DNA of 64,000 nucleotides. Source: a virus (Duplodnaviria; Heunggongvirae; Uroviricota; Caudoviricetes). A program made the translations under genes and the position numbers. The stretch covers positions 749 to 64,748 of IMG/VR virus record IMGVR_UViG_3300010049_000010, one strand, 5' to 3'. Under the pieces are notes generated by a model. The model worked only from the letters and a program-made list of their open reading frames with translations. It was not told the DNA's origin and searched no databases. Below are positions 58,328-64,000 of this stretch, piece after piece; the first letter of the stretch is position 1; each line of letters opens with the position of its first letter.

Positions 58328-59539
58328 ATGTCAAAAGATATGCATTCATATTTAATACAATGTGACCCAGATACGATATACCAGCACTGGCAATCAATGG
58401 GAAATGTTGTCGTTAATAAAAATACAAAATATTACGCAAAAGATTCTGTAATTAGAATCGACTGTTCTAATGGTGATTGGAGATCTCCAGCGCCTTTGCA
58501 TAATCACTTTATTTATGTCGCTCACAACTATATCGTCGATAATCATTTAAGAATGCCAGTTGATTGGTCTATAATGCAAATTGACGACGTAAGAGGACAA
58601 TACACCGCTATAGAAGGAGTAATGGTTCCTTACTTCGTAGTATTGCCGGCTAAATGGCTAGCTTCTTTTATGCCTGATCCTAACTTTATTCCATTCAGTA
58701 ATAATGAAATAACAGTTGATAATGGCTGTATAAATATTGATGATGATGAATTGGAGACAATACTTACAGCAGTTGGTTTTCCATTTATTACTTTCGCTGA
58801 TTCTGAACTTGCAAAAAATGAAATTATAAAATACTGTATTAAACCGGCAATGCAAAGATATTTCACATTCAGACCAATCATAGAAGAACAAGCTGGTATT
58901 CATATAGCTCGAGGAGCTCAGTTTAGCGTGCCTTATCCAATAGACGCATATATGTGCGTTCCATATTATACTGTTCCCGGAGGAAGTGCGGGATTTGGAG
59001 GAACATCAGGTTCACCATTCGCGTTCCACAATGAACAAGTCATGATGGGCGGCATGTCTATGGGTGGAATGGGTGGAGGAAGATTCGGACGTGGTGTTAG
59101 ATATCACGGAAAGCAAGTTCCAGGATTTGTTGGATTAGACAATAAAAATGCGATGATTGACCAAATGCTTGCTAATCAGGGATTTCTTAATTTCTTTAGA
59201 AGAGAAAAATATAGTCGCAGAAAAATTGACGGTAAATGGTATGCTGAAGGATTTAGCTCTATTGGCGGAAATCTCAATTTTAAATGGTTAAAAACTAGCC
59301 GGAATTGGGATGATGTGAAATTTGAAGATCTTGAAACTATAGCAAGACCAATGGCAAGAATTGAAGTATTAAATAACTTTGCTATGATTAGAAGCTTAAT
59401 TAAACAAGATATAGCGGGACAACTTGACCCAACAGTATTACAAAACAGAGCTGAAAAACTTGAAGAAAAAGTTACTGCAATCATTAACAGCATCGGAATT
59501 ACTGGCGTGCTTGCAATGGGTCGCGGTGGCGGGAATTAG
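58328..59539 (+). CDS. Neck/head-tail adaptor protein (gp13-like)
   Basis: LETILTAVGFPFI...EL...IKPAMQRYF and C-terminal IAGQLDPTVLQNRAEKLEEKV fit the gp13 layout. Confidence 0.5.
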   Translation: MSKDMHSYLIQCDPDTIYQHWQSMGNVVVNKNTKYYAKDSVIRIDCSNGDWRSPAPLHNHFIYVAHNYIVDNHLRMPVDWSIMQIDDVRGQYTAIEGVMVPYFVVLPAKWLASFMPDPNFIPFSNNEITVDNGCINIDDDELETILTAVGFPFITFADSELAKNEIIKYCIKPAMQRYFTFRPIIEEQAGIHIARGAQFSVPYPIDAYMCVPYYTVPGGSAGFGGTSGSPFAFHNEQVMMGGMSMGGMGGGRFGRGVRYHGKQVPGFVGLDNKNAMIDQMLANQGFLNFFRREKYSRRKIDGKWYAEGFSSIGGNLNFKWLKTSRNWDDVKFEDLETIARPMARIEVLNNFAMIRSLIKQDIAGQLDPTVLQNRAEKLEEKVTAIINSIGITGVLAMGRGGGN

Positions 59540-59540
59540 A

Positions 59541-59549
59541 GTTAATATA
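59541..59549 (+). promoter_or_regulatory. Class B motif GTTAATATA (sigma70 -10-like)
   Basis: Five copies before gene starts: 59541 and 61113 (plus); 28869, 36344 and 54499 (minus). Confidence 0.6.
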
Positions 59550-59554
59550 TTACT

Positions 59555-59806
59555 ATGTCTATGTCTTATGTAAAACGCAAAAATAAAGCGATTAAAAATG
59601 CTAAAGAATTAGGTATCGTTTTTAACGAAGATGCCATAAACTCAGTAAGTATGTCAACATTAGAATTAGCTAATAAATTAACAAAAAAACATGGTCCAAC
59701 TATTTATGCTAATATGGAAAAAAGAAGACAAGCTCAAGCATTAGGAATAGACACATCGTTGATGTCGGCTGAAGATATTGATAAGGCTTTAGTTAATTTA
59801 AAATAA
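59555..59806 (+). CDS. Hypothetical protein
   Basis: 83-aa ORF preceded by GTTAATATA-N5-ATG. Confidence 0.6.
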   Translation: MSMSYVKRKNKAIKNAKELGIVFNEDAINSVSMSTLELANKLTKKHGPTIYANMEKRRQAQALGIDTSLMSAEDIDKALVNLK

Positions 59807-59809
59807 ATT

Positions 59810-60361
59810 ATGTTATACACGTGGCGAGATATACCTACATTATCTCAATATTATCTTGAACAATACGCAAAAAATCTCAATGGAAATTCTCAAGAATTAT
59901 TAGACTTAGTTGCTGAAATTGGACAACAAATGTATGATGAAATTTATAAAGAAATTGATGAAGAATTAAAATATGAATTAGAAAATGATAGACATGAAAT
60001 TCATTCTAATGGTTATGATGAAGGATATAATGACGCGAAAAATGTAGATGAGGATGAATTAATAGAACGGGCAAAAAGAATGGCTAAAGAAGATGCCGAA
60101 AGAGAATTGCGAAATAAATTAAAATATAATTATATTTATAAAAGTACTGCGAAAGAAATAGTTGGGACTGCCTTTGAAAAAGGTTATGAAAGAGGTTACA
60201 AAGTAGGTGTAAATTGGAATACGCCTGAGTTTAAAAACGTAACAGATGATATGAAAAAATCTTCATTAGAAGATGATATAGAAAAAATAAAATATTTCAT
60301 TTACAAGGAAGAGTCTGATTTTAGAAATATTGACGAACCTATAGATGACATACCATTTTAA
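59810..60361 (+). CDS. Hypothetical acidic helical protein with GxxxG repeats
   Basis: GYDEGY and FEKGYERGYKVG repeats (FliH-like pattern). Confidence 0.55.
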   Translation: MLYTWRDIPTLSQYYLEQYAKNLNGNSQELLDLVAEIGQQMYDEIYKEIDEELKYELENDRHEIHSNGYDEGYNDAKNVDEDELIERAKRMAKEDAERELRNKLKYNYIYKSTAKEIVGTAFEKGYERGYKVGVNWNTPEFKNVTDDMKKSSLEDDIEKIKYFIYKEESDFRNIDEPIDDIPF

Positions 60362-60369
60362 GGAGAATT

Positions 60370-60873
60370 ATGAAAACTTTAACGAATGATGAATTTAAGA
60401 TTTGGGTAAATGGCGGCAACATCGATGAGAAAATATATTTTGTAGTTATTAAAACTGCGTCTTGTCCAAAATGTGAGATATTAAAGAACAATGCTGAAAA
60501 AGCTTTTGGTGAGTTAAAAAACAACGTTGGTTGGTTTGTTTTCGGTCCACAAGCTGTTAACGTAGCAGATATCTTCGCAAACTTAAATATTACAAGCGCG
60601 CCCGCTTTAATCTATCGTTGTCAAGTAGAAGGACAGTGGAGAGTAAATACGATATATTGGTCTGATGCTGATTATACAGATCTTCGATGCATAATGGATG
60701 CTATTAAAGACAATGATCAATCATTCTTTGACTTTAATGAGTTTGATGAATATATAGGCACAAGTGAAACTGCTGATTTAGGAATGAATAGATTACTACA
60801 TTTAATCCATGGTGAAATTGATCCTGATAAACTAAGAGATCGTCGGGCTTTTAAGAAAAATATAACTATTTAA
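60370..60873 (+). CDS. Thioredoxin-fold protein
   Basis: KTASCPKCEIL CxxC after a beta strand; NITSAPALI cis-Pro loop; AAGGAG SD. Confidence 0.7.
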   Translation: MKTLTNDEFKIWVNGGNIDEKIYFVVIKTASCPKCEILKNNAEKAFGELKNNVGWFVFGPQAVNVADIFANLNITSAPALIYRCQVEGQWRVNTIYWSDADYTDLRCIMDAIKDNDQSFFDFNEFDEYIGTSETADLGMNRLLHLIHGEIDPDKLRDRRAFKKNITI

Positions 60874-60886
60874 TAAGGAGATAAAT

Positions 60887-61096
60887 ATGGTACTAAGAGA
60901 AGTGAATGGAGAAAACGAAAGATTAAATAGTAATAATGTGCAAGCTACCTTGGCTCCACAGAGATTAGTCGAAGTAAAAAATGCGGGAGCAATATCACAA
61001 ATGAGCCGCGAAGAAGTAGACGCATTAAAAGAAAGAAATGATATCCGTATTCATGATGAAGGCGACAAAGCGACAGTTTTAAATCGACTTCGATAA
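60887..61096 (+). CDS. Hypothetical protein
   Basis: 69-aa ORF with AAGGAG SD. Confidence 0.65.
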   Translation: MVLREVNGENERLNSNNVQATLAPQRLVEVKNAGAISQMSREEVDALKERNDIRIHDEGDKATVLNRLR

Positions 61097-61179
61097 CGAA
61101 ATAAAAAACTAAGTTAATATATAATAAGGAAAAGATATGTAGGACACATATCTTTTTCGTGTTTTAAAGGAGCGATATA

Positions 61180-62157
61180 TTGACTTACGACAGAATACTT
61201 TTAGATTCAGCAAACTTATTTTATAGATTAAAAAAGAACTTAAGAACTTCATTAGAAATAGTGAAGAGAATGATCAATTACACAGAAGGCGAAATTAAAT
61301 CACGTCTCAAAAAAGACGGCATCGTTTATATCTTATTTGATCCAGTTTCATATTCAGATTTAGGAGAATCAAAAAACTTCTATTTTTCTATCAATGAACG
61401 AAAAAAGATATTATCAGATTACAAAGCTAACCGTATATATTCTAATCTCTATTTAGAAACTATAGAATTATATAGAAAATATTATATTTATAGAGGAGAT
61501 CAAATCAAGCTTATCTATTCAGATGAGCATGAAGCAGATGATTATGTTGAGCCTCTTATTAAATCTTTTAATGGAGAAAAATCAGTCGCAATCGTGACAA
61601 CAGATTATGACTTAGCAGGTTACATGTCTGATAAGCCTAAAATCCACATGATCAATGAGGGGTGGGACAAACCATTCACATCAGCTGACTTTGAAAAATT
61701 ATTTCAATTTAAACCCACTCCAGGCGCTAACATATTATATAAATCTTTATTTGGTGACAAAAGCGATAATATAGTTGGCGCAATATTTATGAAAAAAGCT
61801 AAATTTAATATGAACGTTAAATTATTATGCAGAGATTATTTGAAATATGTAGCTGATAATAATTTAACTATTGACGAAATAACGAAAGAGTTTAAGACAG
61901 GTAATTTTCAAGAGTCAACCAAAAGACAAACGAAGACTCCTTTTGATGCGCTGTTCTTAGCTCTGTCTATTGTAGACTTAAAAGTTCCAATAATGGAAAA
62001 ATTATATACGAATATTAGAGTAATTAGGTCGTCATTAACAGATAAAACTATTGAGCCATTTATTCACTGTAATGCTGAAAATGCAACAATAAATGATGTG
62101 ATTCATAAGGCGATATTTGGCCAGCCATTTTCTAATACTTTTGGCAAAGTAAAGTAA
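61180..62157 (+). CDS. 5'-3' exonuclease/flap endonuclease (T4 RNase H-like)
   Basis: LLDSANL, HEADD, TTDYDL and LFGDKSDNIVG acidic motifs; TTG start with AAGGAG SD. Confidence 0.85.
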   Translation: MTYDRILLDSANLFYRLKKNLRTSLEIVKRMINYTEGEIKSRLKKDGIVYILFDPVSYSDLGESKNFYFSINERKKILSDYKANRIYSNLYLETIELYRKYYIYRGDQIKLIYSDEHEADDYVEPLIKSFNGEKSVAIVTTDYDLAGYMSDKPKIHMINEGWDKPFTSADFEKLFQFKPTPGANILYKSLFGDKSDNIVGAIFMKKAKFNMNVKLLCRDYLKYVADNNLTIDEITKEFKTGNFQESTKRQTKTPFDALFLALSIVDLKVPIMEKLYTNIRVIRSSLTDKTIEPFIHCNAENATINDVIHKAIFGQPFSNTFGKVK

Positions 62158-62189
62158 GTTTTAAAATTCCGTCTTTTAAACTTATTATT

Positions 62190-63209
62190 ATGACGGAATT
62201 AAATCTATATACATCTAATATAAAATTATATAATAATGACAGTTTATCATTACTTAAAAATATTGCAGACTGTTCAATAAACTGCATAATAGCAGACCCG
62301 CCGTATGGCATAAAATTCAATAATAAGTTCCACAATAAAAATGAATCTGATTGGGACACGTTCAGAACAAGTAAAGATTTTATAAATTTTACTACTGAAT
62401 GGCTTAATGAAGCTTATAGAGTTCTTAGTCCAACTGGAACTCTTTGGATATTTTTTGGGCCGACCCGAATTCATGAAATGTTTGAAGCGATTGCTGCTAC
62501 ACAATTTATTAATCATCTTGAAAACTGGGCAGTATATGCAAGAGAGTCGGGCAGGGGAACAACTAAGAAACTTAAGTCATTAAGAGAAGACATATTTCAC
62601 TTAACTAAAGACCCAAAAAATTACACTTGGAATTCAGCTGAATATCTTAGAAAAGTAATTGCGCCTTACAAGATGGCTGGCGGAATAAAACGAGGTTGGG
62701 ATTATGGCCCTGATGGAAAAACACCATTACGATTTACGTCTCTTGGAAATATAATGGCATTTTCAAGTGAGTGTCAATTTGAAGAAACTTCTGCTAAAAA
62801 GGGAACTGTATGTGATATCGCTTCAGGCCTGCCGCTTAAATTTGATGGTTATCCTTCTGATGTCACATTTTTCGTAAACCCAAGTTACAACAATAAATTT
62901 GACAAACAACAGCACAGCTGCCAAAAACCTATTTTATTATTATCAATGTTAACGATGATTTCTTCTTTAGAGGGGGAGCAAATTCTTGATCCATTTATGG
63001 GAAGTGGAAGCAGCGCAATCGCATCAATACTTTGTAATAGAAATTATATTGGAATTGAAAGGGAAAAAGAAACTTTTAAATCAGCGACAAAATGGATAAA
63101 AGAATTTCCATACGAAACTGCTGAAAAATATATTAAGGGACATATTAGTTCTAATGAGAAGGGTTTTAAATTTGGACAGGAAAATAGAATAGTTTGTTCT
63201 AAAAATTAA
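62190..63209 (+). CDS. N6-adenine/N4-cytosine DNA methyltransferase, beta class
   Basis: Catalytic DPPY precedes the SAM-binding LDPFMGSGS; HSCQKP is present; no cognate restriction gene is adjacent. Confidence 0.88.
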   Translation: MTELNLYTSNIKLYNNDSLSLLKNIADCSINCIIADPPYGIKFNNKFHNKNESDWDTFRTSKDFINFTTEWLNEAYRVLSPTGTLWIFFGPTRIHEMFEAIAATQFINHLENWAVYARESGRGTTKKLKSLREDIFHLTKDPKNYTWNSAEYLRKVIAPYKMAGGIKRGWDYGPDGKTPLRFTSLGNIMAFSSECQFEETSAKKGTVCDIASGLPLKFDGYPSDVTFFVNPSYNNKFDKQQHSCQKPILLLSMLTMISSLEGEQILDPFMGSGSSAIASILCNRNYIGIEREKETFKSATKWIKEFPYETAEKYIKGHISSNEKGFKFGQENRIVCSKN

Positions 63210-63475
63210 ACGTCATTTTCATCTAGAAGATCGTCGTAATTATCTTCTACAAGTATTTGCGCATCGTTTTCTTCTTCTTCAAAAAGGTCATCATCAAATA
63301 AATCTTCTTTATCTGCAAGAAAATCTAAATCATCAATTAAATTCAATACAGAGTTGTAAACAAATTTGAATGCTTTCGTTTTATCAAAAGAATCTTCATT
63401 CATTCCTTCTGCTTGATTTTTAATAGCGAGAAGTTTTGTTCGCATTTCTTCAATATCTATTTTTTTTCTTTTCAT
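63206..63475 (-). CDS. Hypothetical protein, acidic tail
   Basis: 89-aa ORF coupled to the upstream gene. Confidence 0.6.
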   Translation of the reverse strand: MKRKKIDIEEMRTKLLAIKNQAEGMNEDSFDKTKAFKFVYNSVLNLIDDLDFLADKEDLFDDDLFEEEENDAQILVEDNYDDLLDENDV

Positions 63476-63696
63476 GTTAAATCTTGAAATTCGTTTTTTC
63501 GTGGTAAATCATTCCACGCTTCTTCAGCTGCCTTCTGATCTACATGATCACAATGAGCATCAATTCTCCCACCATTCATTTGAGGGCCCGTCATTAAACA
63601 TTTATTACATTGAATGTAAACATACGCATTTCGTAAATCTTCACTTCCACAATTTGGACATTCTTTTAATTGCATATTCCCTGCCTTTCTCCCCAC
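63472..63696 (-). CDS. Lar-like restriction-alleviation zinc-ribbon protein
   Basis: LKECPNCG...YIQCNKC...GP...AAEEAWN matches the Lar family pattern; the likely start is MQLKE. Confidence 0.6.
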   Translation of the reverse strand: MGRKAGNMQLKECPNCGSEDLRNAYVYIQCNKCLMTGPQMNGGRIDAHCDHVDQKAAEEAWNDLPRKNEFQDLT

Positions 63697-63899
63697 TCAA
63701 TTTCCGTTTCGTTGGGGAATTTTTTCCTGTAAAATATGTTTTGAGCGGCTTCAAGAATTTCGTCTAAAAAGTGCTCGATGTCATCTTCTCCAAAACCAAC
63801 ATCTGGCATTGATTCTTGAATTAAGATTGATAATTTTGACTGCATTTTTCTTTCAAGAATTTCTATTCTCTGTTTATTAATCATCGTCTTCCTCATCAA
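63666..63899 (-). CDS. Hypothetical protein
   Basis: ORF in a run of coupled small genes; the likely start is the ATG at 63883. Confidence 0.55.
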   Translation of the reverse strand: MMRKTMINKQRIEILERKMQSKLSILIQESMPDVGFGEDDIEHFLDEILEAAQNIFYRKKFPNETEIEWGERQGICN

Positions 63900-63999
63900 A
63901 TTCTAATCCAAACTCTTCATTGATTTTCATCAATTCAGTTTCGAGCACTGCAATCAAATTTTCATAATCAGAAGATCTTGCTCTTTTACAAACTTCATC
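63877..63999 (-). CDS. 3' end of a gene truncated by the window edge
   Basis: DEVCKRARSSDYENLIAVLETELMKINEEFGLEFDEEDDD* with TAA at 63877-63879. Confidence 0.6.
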   Translation of the reverse strand, partial: DEVCKRARSSDYENLIAVLETELMKINEEFGLEFDEEDDD

Positions 64000-64000
64000 T

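Noticed and set aside
59810-60361. Flagellar FliH homolog
   Set aside because: Only the short GxxxG repeats match. These occur in many phage coiled-coil proteins, and the FliH C-terminal domain is not evident.
63474-63767. His-rich plus-strand 97-aa ORF
   Set aside because: It overlaps three coherent coupled minus-strand genes; the His/Phe richness reflects antisense reading.
1-64000. Stop-codon reassignment (code 15 or 4), common in some large gut phages
   Set aside because: ORFs up to 4569 aa are intact in code 11. TAG (15864, 55205, 59539) and TGA (56556) end genes at sensible boundaries, mostly next to the following gene's start signals.
1-64000. CRISPR array, tRNA or rRNA genes
   Set aside because: Intergenic gaps are all under about 220 nt, and I saw no repeat-spacer periodicity or cloverleaf/T-loop signature. 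A tRNAscan run would be the definitive check.

Overview
Very AT-rich, gene-dense segment of a large myovirus (jumbo-phage-like, distantly T4-related). It is read in the standard bacterial code and its gene blocks alternate between strands. Virion genes recognisable by motif are a major capsid protein, tail sheath, gp6-like baseplate wedge, hub and spike candidates, neck (gp13-like) and tail terminator (gp15-like) candidates, a gp26-like assembly chaperone, tail-fibre-like proteins, and two giant proteins of 2384 and 4569 aa. Among them are nucleotide and DNA-metabolism genes: a two-piece class III ribonucleotide reductase, GMP reductase, a thioredoxin-like protein, a 5'-3' exonuclease, an amino-DNA methyltransferase, a Lar-like protein and a GIY-YIG homing endonuclease. 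No tRNA, rRNA or CRISPR array was seen. Five observations stand out. (1) Next to the capsid gene is a cassette of proteins carrying T4-like capsid-targeting N-termini, among them a SAM methyltransferase and a zincin. (2) Two upstream motif classes sit 2-6 nt before SD-less ATGs, which points to widespread leaderless expression. (3) NrdD is split, with its glycyl-radical loop on a separate coiled-coil peptide. (4) A leishmanolysin-like metalloprotease is coupled to tail-fibre genes. (5) The tail chaperone has a probable +1 frameshift. All family assignments come from reading motifs by eye; no database search was run.
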